Source of the DNA: Lingula anatina
Lineage: Eukaryota; Animalia; Brachiopoda
DNA length: 64,000 bases
Reading direction: 5' to 3'
NCBI GenBank assembly: GCA_051362555.1
Contig: CM120645.1
Location: 18,290,001-18,354,000 of the forward strand
The position numbers and the translations under genes were made by a program. A model generated the notes under the pieces. It ran no database searches. It worked only from the letters and a program-made list of their open reading frames with translations, and was not told where the DNA came from. Positions 12,407 to 24,312 of this stretch are shown here, one piece after another; the stretch's first letter is position 1, and every line of letters starts with the position of its first letter.

Positions 12407-13881
12407 TTAAGGGGGTACATAAGCTGGTGGACTGCGGTAACCAGTCAAGACGACATTAGGGCGCTGTCTCTTGTTGTCTCTTGGTGCATACATTGGTGGT
12501 GGTGGTTGATACAAAGGGGCACTGGCATCAGCTTCCTCTGCCTCATCCACTTCAATACCACCCTTGTGGTCTGAGGGGGGAGTGGAATGGGGACTCCCTC
12601 CGGCTGGTGAGCGACCATGATATTCTGGAGGAGGCAATGGTGGCTTCTCATCCTCCATAATGAGTGGTTTGGTAGGTGGATCTGGTTTGTCTTCTAACTC
12701 ATCAGCAAAGATGATGGGTATTCCTTTATTGATGAAAGTATTTTGGTCTTCATCAGACATCTTACCCTTTCGTTTCTTACGATACAGAATGCAAGCTATA
12801 ATTCCTGCCAGCAACAACATGGCTGCTATTACAACAGCTGGAATCACCGTGGTGATCAGAATTTCATCCTCATCCTCTGACCCACCTGCAGCTGGTGGTG
12901 GTGGTGTTGGCTCAACAGATTCCTGCCCCTCAAACTTACAGTTTCCACTTGGTTGAAGACCCACACCCATAATCTTGTATGGAGCCATAGCCCTCTGGAA
13001 GTCTTCACTCACAGTCTGGTTTACAGTGATTAATTTCCGCACCAAAACTGACAAAGTAGACACAGGGCAGCGAGACTGGTCTAAACTCTTGTTGGCCCAT
13101 TTGTAAATCACTGACCCTTGTTTCAGATCTGTTATCAGTATACTATTAGCATTAGCATCCCCATAGTACATTGCCAGCTTGTTGGTTATTTCTATCCTTT
13201 TTTCCAAACTTATAATAAAAGCAGAATAATTCATATTTATAGTCATGCTGAACTCATGGTTGGGTTCTTTTTTCTTTTCAATGTCAACAACATTGATTAC
13301 AAATGGCATTTCAGCAATCTTTCCCATATTGTCTACAGCAGATATAATGTATTTGTTGGATCCCACTTCATCCCACATTGGCAGACCCCACAATCTTTGT
13401 TGTTTAGGATCAAACTGAATGCCAGAATTGGGTTTTAAACTGAAGCCTTGAGAGTCTGTGACCACAAGTGTCAAATGTTGGGTTCCTCCATCTTCATAAT
13501 CGTAAAATGTATCGGCAGGGATTGTATAATTCAGTACCTGACCAGCCAGGACATTGATTGGCTCCAACTGATTTTTTATGGCAGGTTGTTGGTTAGATGT
13601 TTGTGTCACTGCCTTGTCTGTAGATTTTGGAGTGTCATTTTCAATGGGGTGCCTTGTAGTTTGGTCAAATTTAGGTGGTCGCCTAGTTGTAACTGGTGGT
13701 GGAGGTGATATAGGTGGTGTCAGAGGTGGAAACCTGGTTTGGGTAGTGGTCATGGTCTTGGTTGCTGTGGTCTTGTGAGCTGAGGTGGATGAGGTGATAA
13801 CAGGACTTGGCTGTATGGGTTGGGTCACTCTAGGTGTTGTACCTTCCTTCCCTGAATCTGTCACAGATGGCTGAACTAGAG
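12407..13881 (-). CDS. DAG1: Dystroglycan, last coding exon (mucin end, second cadherin-like domain, SEA module, TM helix, cytoplasmic tail)
   Basis: IPADTFYDYEDG, LKQG/SV autoproteolysis motif, TM VIPAVVIAAMLLLAGIIACILY, RKKRKGK, KGIPIIFADEL, EKPPLPPPEY, and terminal YRSPPAYVPP-stop. The acceptor ttccattccag is phase 1 and matches the donor at 14089. Confidence 0.97.
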
Positions 13882-14089
13882 CTGGAATGGAACATAACAT
13901 TAACTGATCTTTCACTTCAATATCACAAATTGCACAATCATTAATATGTCTTTTATAACATTAATTTCTGCATGCATAAAGTTGATATTTTCTATAGCTA
14001 TCTATTGCAACAATGGGCAATAAACAAACTTTTAAAGCTGTGCATTTCTTTTCGACTATTTCTGGCTATGAAATACTTGATCAACTTAC

Positions 14090-15026
14090 TAGGCGTGGTC
14101 ACTTGACTCTGATAAGTCACCATAGGCACAGTAGATTCTGCCATTTTGGACATCTCTGGTGATGTTGGCGTGGCAGCCATTGACCTGGCAGTGCTGGTTT
14201 TATAATGACGTCCAGCGGTCTTTGTACGGTGGGGCTTTCTTGTTGTGGGCGACTCCTGCCCAGGAATAACTCTACTCATTTCTGGTGCCAACAAAGTATT
14301 CTGCTCAGCAGAGCTTGAATCCAGAGGAAGCTCAGAAGGTGGTGACACAGCTAGGGTTGGTGTTGCTGTGGATGCAGCACGACGCACTAACCTTTTTGCG
14401 TGTTGCTTAACCTGAGGAACATACGCTGTAACATACCAGCCAACAATGGGGTGGCCTACATTTGCCTTCATGCTTCCATCTTTGGATGTGATCTCTAGTT
14501 TTTGTAGCACTGGCATGTGATGGGACTCCACATTGCCACAACCAACCTTCCAACTCACAAAAGCACCTGAATGAGTTGGTGTCTTTACATCTCCAGGTCC
14601 TGCCACCAGTGCAGAGGCATCAAATAGAGTATTCTTGCCAACTGGCTTTAATTGCAAATTATCCTCTTGGATTGTCAAATGAGATGCCATTTTGGTGAGG
14701 AGTTTAACCTTCTGCTTGGGTGTCAAATGATCAAAATCTGTGTCAACTACCAGTGTCACTTTGGTAACAGGCTGTCCAGTTTGACAATAAATAGCCTTAT
14801 GAGAATCATCACTCTTAGTTTTCAAAGGAACGGCTGTAGTGTGTGGGAGGTCCTTGACTACACTAACTTTAAACACATCTTGCACTGCAGCAGTGGAGTT
14901 ATGTGTGGCCTTAATCTCAACATAATGGTGACCTAGATCTTCATGACTAGCAATGCCCTTTAAAGAATTGGAATCCTTATCATGTTCTAGCCATTTTGGA
15001 AGCCTTTCTTTTCCTGCCTCCGTCAG
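14090..15026 (-). CDS. DAG1: Dystroglycan, middle coding exon (first cadherin-like domain, S6-like domain, furin site, mucin start)
   Basis: Acceptor tttatctttcccag|CTG (LTEAGKERLPKWL), then FDASALVAGPGD, SWKVGCG, VGWYV and KRLVRR. Donor is A|GTAAGT. The 937-bp length is consistent with phase 0 to phase 1. Confidence 0.96.
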
Positions 15027-15753
15027 CTGGGAAAGATAAAAGTATATTTGTTAAAAGAATATCAATTATCTAACATTCAAGCCCATCTTATGGTCTTATC
15101 TGCCGTCATTTGTAACTACAATAGATATACAAGAACTTTGTGCCATTATTAGGCAATATTTTGTATTTTCAACAGAACTCTTCAGGTAGTGTCCTTATGA
15201 TGTTCCTGGATATTCGTCTGATAGATTTTTCAGTAACTATTGTATCCATATTAAGATTGAACAAGGCAGCAAAGCTATCAAAGTTACAGACAAAAAAGCA
15301 GAAAATAATGATCCACAAAATGGGTTATTTTGTCAATTTTGATTTTGATTACATAGTGCTTCACAACAAATCAACAACAATGTTTATTATGCTTAACAGG
15401 TAACATGGCTATTTAGAATATGTAACTAGCATAGACTTCAGGCCCATGAGAGTTCAAGTCAAAACTTTGAAAACACCAGAATGAGAAAAATTAAAATTTC
15501 ACAGAAAAAAAAAACAGCTTAAATACAAATTAAATAATTATGTATATCAGGTATCACAGATATTAAGACTAGGCAGCAAAGCTGTCAAATGAGATTTCCA
15601 AGTTCACATTTAGAAAATGCCAGAATGAGAAAAATGAAATTTGCACACACAAAAAAAGCAGAAAATAATGATGCACAAACAGCTACTGTCAACTCTGATG
15701 CAATAATACGTAATGTTTAACAGCAAAGTTAACTAAATTTGAATTCTACAGTA

Positions 15754-18385
15754 TAGTCGAGTCGCCACTACCATAGGCCCAATAGTCGAACCCTGCAATG
15801 TTCTTTCCTGTAAACTTTTTTTGTTGAAATGCATTCTTCAGGCCGAGAGAAGCAAAATAAGCTTGGTTGCTATTTCCGAGACATTGAGCATTTTTCAATA
15901 TGGCCGTCAATTTATGAGGAAAAATAGAAAAACTATCAGAAGTCACCGGGTAAACTTTATTGACAGCTTTTTTGAACGTGTATCCTATCAGGAGAGCACA
16001 ACAAGTGAATACGCTTAATTGCGTACCACTTAGCAAAAAACCAAAATGACCGTCAAAACATATGGCAGAAAATGATAAAATCTGCAGAATCAGTTTGTTT
16101 TTTGAATATTTAGTTTTATTAAAACCATATCCCCTTTTCATATTTATGTTAATTATAATATTTTGTTAGTCATGACCCTAAACTCTTGGAATAAGCTTAT
16201 CTGACATTTCAATAACCCCCCAAAGGTCTGTTTGCTACTTCCCCGGGTCCCATAGTCAAATACTAAGAATGTTATTCCCTGAAATTTTTGAAAGAATTTA
16301 ACCCTGGTAGTGCTGACCCCGGAATATTCCGGGATGCGTAGCTACGCGCTGTGAGCTGGGCCCGGAATATTCCGGGTCTGTCCATACGTCACAACCTTCT
16401 GATTTCAAAGTGGCTGCAGTATATCGCTAACAGAGCCTGGCGTGTTGTGGCATTTAACCAGGTTCCTGATTGTGGGGTGGGAACAGCCCATACATTATAG
16501 CTCAAATCAGACTCCCCTCACACCCAGTGCCCAGAGATGTACGTTGTTCACATGATAGACATGGCATGATTCCGTTCACTGGACTAACAATATGGGTGAC
16601 CTTTTTGGGCCTTTATAGGCCCCCCGAAACCAATCCACAAAATGTGCACATGCCCATTGAGTATTGCTCAATGTGTATTTGGTCCATTTTTGCAAAAAAA
16701 AAAAAAAAGCTTACCCATGTGCAATGAACCATGGCAACCTGACAATTTATAATTATCTTAACTACCCGAGCACTAAGTCACCACAATGAATAATTACATC
16801 TACCCTACAAGTAGAAAAATGCATACATTCCTATCTCAAAGCTTCCATTATCTGTAAGAATATATTGGCAAAAACAACATTTCAAATACATGATGTCGAT
16901 GGGTAGTCCTCGCATATCCCCGAAATATGTCATGTTGTCAAGAATACCTGACCTCATGGGCCCTAACCGCTGAGTTCGTATACCCCTGCTTGGATCTTGA
17001 CTATTTATTATAAAATTCCTTATTAAACAACAAAAATGCCTTTACCCATAGGTGTTAAAATATTTAAAAAGTTTACAAAAAAAGGAAAAGAATAATCAAA
17101 CCTGAAGAAAAACGATTTGACGCCTTTTTTATTTCAAAATGATTTAGTTTACACATACTAGTATGATAATGCCTTTCATTTAATCATCCAGAATGTTATT
17201 TTTGATTTAGAAGTAAAAACTAGTTGTCAGGACTGAGATATCCGCAATCGGTGTTTGGTTTGATCATAGAGTAGCATTGACGGACATATTGGTTTTGGTT
17301 TTTCGTATAATTTAACCTAAAAATATGTTTTATTGTGTGCTATGTCTTGAGCGCAGGTATATCCTTTTTTTACTTTAGACCTGTATTTATATTTGTTCTA
17401 GTTAAAGTCTATTTCAGTTAAAAGCCTTGTAGTTTTACAGTTGTTTCTTTGCCCTTGCATTATGTTTTGGAGGCCATTTTTATTAAAAATAACTTGCAAA
17501 AATAAATAAATAATCGCACTTTGCATGGATATAAACATAAATATGCAATAAATGATAGACAGTGGAGTGAAGCATTAAATGTTTTATTTGAATGTATGAC
17601 TCTCGCTATTCGCTGTTAGCTAGCAGGGGCGTAACCAGACCTTTTAAAGTTGTACGCACAGATTTTCAAAATTCCCAGGTACGGCTAAATGTAGACTTAC
17701 GCAAACAGATAAAGGGCAGATAAAATTAAATGTACGGTCATTTTGAATATTGAAAAAAATATCAATATCTCTGGCAAATAAAGTCAAGCTTATAAGCTTC
17801 TCTAAGTTTTGTAACCCAGATAAAATAATTTCTTTTAAAAAAGCTTGCAAGATATAACATAGCAAGCTTTGCCCATGGGGCTCGTAGGAGTGGCAAATGG
17901 ACTTTCAGGAGATGGCACCGTCTGCCACCATCTGATCAATGTCAAATAAGCAGTTTCTGAGAGTTTAGAATCATGACTTACAAATTATCATAATGGACAT
18001 AAATAGAAAAGGCGGATATGTTTTCTAATAAGACTAAATTGGCAAAAAACAAACCGATTCTGCAGCTTTTTTTACTTTCTGCCATATGTTTTGACAGCCA
18101 TTTTGGCTTTTTTGCAATATGTAACGGGCTTAAGTGTATTCACTAGTACTGTTGTGCTCTCCTGATAGGATACACGTTAAAAAAAGCTGTCAATAAAGTT
18201 TACCCGGCGACTTCAGGTCGTTTTTCTAATTTTCCTCATAAATTGACGGCCATATTGAAAAATGCTCAATGTCTCGGAAATAGCAACCAAACTAATTTTG
18301 CTTCTCTCGACCTAAAGAATGCATTTCGGCAAAAAAAGTTTACAGGAAAAAACATTGCAGGGTTAGCGTTCTGGCTACTCGACTA
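15754..18385. mobile_element. Academ-like non-autonomous element with ~350-bp imperfect TIRs
   Basis: 15790-16105 is the inverted match of 18043-18365. Termini read GTA|TAGTCGAGT ... ACTCGACTA|GTA, giving a 3-bp TSD. Confidence 0.75.
16302..16400 (+). mobile_element. Left end of a piggyBac-like element nested in the long-TIR element
   Basis: TTAA|CCCTGG is followed by two copies of the palindrome CCCGGAATATTCCGGG. The right end was not found. Confidence 0.45.
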
Positions 18386-18530
18386 GTACAGGTATTACGG
18401 ATGTCAGGAATATTTAACTAACATAAGGCTTCAGCCCTTGGAGAGTTCAAGTTCATACTTTGAAAATGCCAGCATAAAAAAATTAAATTTTCAAAAACAT
18501 TGCATCAAACTAAAAAAAAAAAAATAATAA

Positions 18531-20240
18531 CTAGAGGACCAGAGAGGCGATACCGCGTCCGGCTATTATACCACCAGCTGGAGTAAGCGCATTCATATGG
18601 AAAACGAGAAACAAACAGGAACAACCACCAGTGTTGTGTTTGACAAGCTCTTCAAAATGCAATAAACAAGACAAGAAATATGCCCCTTCCCCCCCCCCCC
18701 TCAAAAACAAAACAAAAAAAAAAGCACAACTTTTATAAAAATCGTCTGATCAAGCGGATTTTCAAGACAATAGGCTTGTCAGTTTTCTTTGAAATGCATC
18801 ATCAGTGTTGCATATATATTGAAAGAAAGAAATAGGCCTATCTCTGCCAGTTTTGGAAATATAAGGGATAGAAAATTTGCAAAGTTCAGTTCATGATGAA
18901 AAGAAGGTCAAAGGTCAATTTAAATGTGACAGTAAGATGTCCAGCATATGACTTCCTATTCAAGTTCAAAAGTAACCATGGGTGTATCACTGCCAGTATT
19001 GGAGATAAAAGAGATGGAAAAATTGCAAAGTTCAGTGCATGGTGAAAAGTAGGTCAAAGGTCAATTTCAAGGTCACAGTTAGATTGTCAGTATGTGACTT
19101 CCTATTCAAGTTCAATAGTAACTATGGGTGTATCTCTGCTAGTTTTGGTGATATAAGGGATGGAAAAATTGCAAAGTTCAGTTCATGGTGAAAAGTAGGT
19201 CAAAGGTCAATTTCAAGGTCACAGTTAGATTGCCAGTATATGACGTCCTATTCAACTTCATTAGTAACTATGGGTTTATCTCTGCTAGTTTTGGAGATAT
19301 AAGCGATAGAAAAATTGCAAAGTTCAGTTCATGGTAAAAAGTAGGTCGAAGGTCAATTTCAAGGTCACAGTTACATTGCCAGTATATGACTTCCTATTCA
19401 AGTTCAATAGTAACTATGGGTGTATCTCAGCTACTTTTGGAGTATTTCATATTTTATTTTCACCATTGAATATTGCTCAGTTGTGCTTTTTGATATAGTG
19501 CAACTCCTTAACCGTATCGCAAACAAAAAAATGGACACCACTTCCAGTATTGCGCTTGACAAGCTCTACATAATGCAAAAAACAAGAGGTCTCTAGCATT
19601 TACGGTTCCAGAATTAGGGAGAGTTTTCAGTTTCGGCATCTTATGGCCGTTTCTACCATGAAAATGCACTGATTGACACCAAACTCCCAAAGATGAAAGG
19701 AGTCCCTAATTGCATCCCCTCACTATAATATGAGTGCTAAACTCCGTGTAGTTTCTGAAATTCGGCACAAATAAAAGTTTTTTTTGCAAAAAATTCCCAT
19801 TTTTAGAAAATTGTGGCCTGTTTGACCTTGAAAAAAGGTCAAAGGTCAAATTGGAAGACATATTTGAAATCCTCATATATGACTTTCGGACAGACTTCTA
19901 TACTAATTTTTCCCATAATTCCTTCCGTTTAGGAGATATATAGCATTGAATTTTCAAAAAATTTGACAAGGGTGCATTTCATCGAGTGTCACGCCCAAGC
20001 GAATGCACCGACTGAGACAAAAAACCAGGGGGTTCAAGTTGAGATTATATGTGACCTAAATCCAAGAGATGGGGACACAGGTCCGTGTGGTCTAGGAGGA
20101 GAAGCGGTAATGGTGACTTGTATCCCATGCCACCCTGCGGAGCCAGCAGAACTTACGGAGCTGGCGGAGCTCACGGAGCCCGCTGAGCCGTACGATACGG
20201 GTCAGGACTAAAACCTGAGTACCGCCAGCGTACACGCTAA
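18531..20240 (+). mobile_element. HINE/Helentron-like non-autonomous element with an internal tandem array
   Basis: The 5' subterminal motif TACCACCAGC recurs at the 3' end as AGTACCGCCAGCGTACACGCT; the copy at ~22040 ends CGCTGGTGGTACT, completing a hairpin. Flanks are A-rich with no TSD. Confidence 0.65.
18840..19445 (+). repeat. 146-bp tandem repeat, ~4 units
   Basis: AGGTC(A/G)AAGGTCA recurs at 18905, 19051, 19197 and 19343. Confidence 0.95.
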
Positions 20241-20393
20241 TAATAATAATCCAATTAAGCACATTTTCAATTTCAGCTTTACATCAATCCTAAAAATCAT
20301 TCTTTAAGTTACAAAATAATAGGTAACTCATAATTTTTGCGATGGTTGCACATGTTGTCGTTGCCATGCACTTTCAGTGCTAATGCAATAAGT

Positions 20394-20730
20394 CAGACAT
20401 GCTGAAACTGTTGGTCCGATCAGTCATGACCGAGAAAATTTGTCTGGACCGGTAAAAAATCGTATTTGTTTTAAGAACTGCAATTTTGAATTTACAGTCA
20501 CCGTTCTACATAATTCACTAATAAAATTATATAAAACTTAAAGCGTTTTTCCCTTCCATTTCAAACCTATCACATTCACAAACACAGTAAGCTATCTAAT
20601 CCTACTGGTAGTATCTGTCTCAAGCGAATAAGGCGATTTTCGGTCTGACAAAAATCCATTCGGTCCGGCAAATTTTTCATTACTGCTAGTCCAAATGTCC
20701 GGCCATTCTGAAAAGTTTTCAGCTTGTCTG
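20394..20730. mobile_element. hAT-like MITE (CAGACATGCTGAAA TIR)
   Basis: TIR at both ends, with flanks ATAAGT/AGAAGT. A second copy lies at 57994-58328. Confidence 0.8.
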
Positions 20731-22079
20731 AGAAGTGGAAAAATGTTTTACCTTTTGTCTTCAAACTTGTGGAACTGTTGAAGATTCATAAAATACAGGT
20801 GGAGTTTGAAAATCAACATGATCAGGACATTTTTTCAAAAGTAATGCTGTTTTTTTCGCTTTTTTGAGCATATATGCAACAATGATAAGGAAAACCAATA
20901 GGCCTATGGTCTGGAAACTCACAGGTGTGCTCAATCTTACTAAAATAATTTGAAAATAAGCTTAAGTTATGCATTTTTTTGTTTATAAGTGGTTTTTCCT
21001 CAGATTAGATTCTAAGGCATGCTAACAGTCTCATTATTGAACTAATTAGATATGTAAAATTGTTCTTTTGACATTTTCTGCACCTTAACAAATATTGTTA
21101 GTTGATTATATACAAAAGATGGTAAATCTGACAACGTGTGTTGTGTAATAAAGAGTCAAAAATTGAAGTTAGTTCATATCACTGCAGTTTGCTTTGCTAG
21201 TCACATTTCCTAATAATACATGTAGTGCATAATTTAAGATTGGTGGCGATTATGCTGTTAAGCATTATGTGATATTCTATAAAAATTCTGGGCACTGCTG
21301 CCATAATGACCATTGAAAGAAAACCATGTCAGAAACTCTTCTCAAACTTACAGGAAAGAAACAGGACTAAAATACAGCTTCAGTTGGAAAACCAGTCTGA
21401 TTGGTTAATTTTTCTTGGATGTTACACAGTTTTTTTGTGAAAATTTAATTTTTCACATCTTGGCATTGTCAAGGTGTGATTTTGAACCTCCATGGGCTTG
21501 AAGACCTTTGCTTGTCACATTTTCTGAATATCCATTTTACTTCATTTTTAAAAATTAATGGTCATTATTCTGTTAAGCATTATGTAATATTGCATCAAAA
21601 TTGTAGCAAACACTATTTTCAGTGGACACTGCTGCCATGATGACCATTAAGGGAAAACCGTGTTACTTATGATTCCCCAACTTTCAAAATAGAAACATAG
21701 GACTAAAATGCAGCCCTAGTTCGCAAAGATTTCTGTGTAACTTTTCCCTTAATTCCTTCGGTTTGAGAGATATTTAGCATTTAATTTTCAAAAACTTTGA
21801 CAAGGGTGCATTTCAACGAGCGTCATACCTAGGCCAATGCACTGACTGAGACAAAAAAAAAAAAAAAACAAGTAAGTTCAAGTTGAGATTACATGTGACC
21901 TAAATCCAAGAGATGGATAAGCAGGTCCTTGTTGTTTAGGAGAAGTGGTAACAGTGACTTATATCCAGCGCCAGAATGTGGAGCCAGCGTAGCTGTACAA
22001 AATGGCCAGGACTAAAACCATGAGAACTACTAACATACGCTGGTGGTACTAATTAGTTCAATAATGAGATTGTTAACAT

Positions 22080-22259
22080 GCCTAAGAACTGAACCTGAGG
22101 AAAAATCATTTATATACAAAAAGATATAACTTCATCAAAACTAAACCAATCACGATAATTTTTTGACTTGATCTGTAAATTAGTCCTATGAATCCTGCAA
22201 GTTTTAAAGCAAAATAATTTTCATTTTATTTGTATAAGGGTGGATAAAATATGATGAGG

Positions 22260-22295
<36 letters not shown>

Positions 22296-22960
22296 AGCAT
22301 AACTATTGGAAAAAGGGTCTGAGAGGCTGATTTTCTAACTTGACCTGTATTTCATGAATATTCTGTTCTGTAAGTTTGAAGACAAAATTTAAAATTAATG
22401 CAAATTGATCTGATGGATTTAATATGTATAACCATCTTAAATTGGTAATTTTTGTTAACACCATGGTCTATTTGAAAATGACACTGTATAGGGGCCTCAA
22501 CTCCCCTTTTAAAAATTGGCAGTGAAAATTATTTCCAAATAATCCAGTGTATGCGACATACAAAAGCAAATAAGAGTACATAAAATAAGCTGAAAAAAGA
22601 AAAAGAAAACAGCATAACTTCTGTAAACATGGTCCAATCAGGCTGACTTTTTTAATTTGACCTGTATTTTATGAATATTCATCAGTCCCATAAGTTTGAA
22701 GAAAAAATGTAAAACAGTTTTCATTTAATTTGTATAATATGTATAATAATTGTACATATAATATGCTAAAAAAAAAAAAAAGCAAAATACAGCATAACTT
22801 TTGGAAAACTCAGGGTGATTTTCAAACTTGACCTGTAAAAGGTAAAACAGTTTTCATCATATTTGTATGACAATGAAAGTGCAGGGTGATGCCAACGCTG
22901 ATGACAATGACGCCGAGGACAGACACATCACAGTAATATGTACAGACTCTGTGTCTGTAA
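22080..22960 (+). repeat. Dispersed repeat with internal tandem units (AAACAGCATAACT..TTTTCAAACTTGACC), possibly a second HINE-like family
   Basis: Related copies at 8820-9030, 20340-20960 (reverse) and 41650-43850. Copies end with a TATATGTACAGAC..TGTG(TC) hairpin-like motif. Confidence 0.6.
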
Positions 22961-23005
22961 ATAAACATGCAAACAAATCAATTAACTTTATTACAATATG
23001 CATAC

Positions 23006-23317
23006 CTTTACTTTATATCCTATGGCAAGCTCTTTTGGAAGGGAGTATGAAAACAAATGGCCAACTTTCACCATGGCATCTTCAAGTTCTAACCTCAACT
23101 GTTTAGCAATGGGCTTGCTATCTGCTAATTTATCCTGATTGTCAAAATTGTTCAGCAGACTCTGTATGTCATTTGATTCTGTGGCTGTTACTATAGTAAC
23201 AGTGACCATGGCCAGAAATACGAAACACAGGAATTTCTGCCCAAATGTCATTTCAGTCACAATTTTTCCAGATACAGAACCCTTCCTGCATTGCCTGCAC
23301 TTGCCCAGCTCCATCAT
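23006..23317 (-). CDS. DAG1: Dystroglycan, first coding exon (signal peptide and start of the N-terminal domain); the exon spans 23006-23405
   Basis: Acceptor ttgtttacttttacag at 23406 and candidate ATGs at 23317/23314 or 23251. Signal peptide FLCFVFLAMVTVTIVTA, then DAMVKVGHLFSYSLP. The phase-0 donor AAG|GTATGC joins LTEAGKE in frame. Confidence 0.88.
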
Positions 23318-24094
23318 CAAGAATGTGTCACTTTTAAGTCTTGACAAAATCAGTAGTGAATTCTGTTTCTTTCCTTCTTCTTCGACTACCAATTTTCTAG
23401 CACATCTGTAAAAGTAAACAAGACACATATATATTAACATACTGGTATGGTTGTAAATTAGAGAACTGGTGACAAATACCACCAAAGTGTGCAGTAAATG
23501 ACAGATATACTGAACATAAACAGTTACTGAATAGTGGATTTAGAGACAAGCAACCAAAGCAAGAACAGCCACATTAAAGCAGACCCATTCAAAGTTTTCA
23601 AAAACCTTTACCAATGAATTCATCATATATTCTTTCCAAGCTGCCAAATACAGTTAATCAAATACAGATAATCAGACCTCAAAATCATTCCTTACTGCCA
23701 TAGCCTATATGCCAAAAGACTTGGTGCAACCTAGTTGAAAACGATATAACTGACTAATAACACCACACAGTGTTCAGTGCCCTACCACATCTCCCAAGTT
23801 CTCATCTAAATGAGCTGTGACATGCAAGTGTTCACTATGGCCTCATTTAACCATCTGAAACAATAGATACAGATATGTGTGAAGTATGCCAGGAATGTCA
23901 GCTCTAGAAAAATGAATGGCAAATGGTAATGATAATGACAGATACTGCCTTTGTGTATAGAAGAAACATACCACAGTGTATAACATAATGACTCATTGAC
24001 CACAGGCAGGGTTCTCTGGTTTGCTTTGGGCGTGTTCCCAGTGAAACTTTATAGATTGATCCAACTTGGCAGGGACTCTCGATGATTACAATTA

Positions 24095-24312
24095 GGGCAT
24101 TCAGAACAGTTGATCCATGGACTAAATATGGCTGACTGACTTAAAAGCAGCGCTGACTTATTCCGTGACGGTCTCCCCACCTCCACACGCATCTTCTTTG
24201 CAGGGGCCTTACAATAAATCCTTGGAGCTGAAATCAGAGGACTAAGCAGGGGCTGCCATAAGATCGGTTGGCCATACTTAGTTATTCTGCAGATTATCTT
24301 TTTTGAATGCCC
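24095..24312. mobile_element. Harbinger-like MITE nested in an H2 foldback copy
   Basis: TTA|GGGCATTCA ... TGAATGCCC|TCA. Confidence 0.6.

Noticed and set aside
13882-14089. ORF-track ends (start at 13915, stop at 13998) as two separate genes
   Set aside because: Phase-matched GT-AG splice sites join both ORFs into one dystroglycan.
12215-14936. Plus-strand ORFs overlapping dystroglycan
   Set aside because: They are antisense shadows of the coding exons with no independent features.
19963-20211. 82-aa ORF with AEPAELTE repeats
   Set aside because: It is a 9-bp microrepeat at the 3' end of a HINE-like element and is not conserved as an ORF in the 21790-22020 copy.
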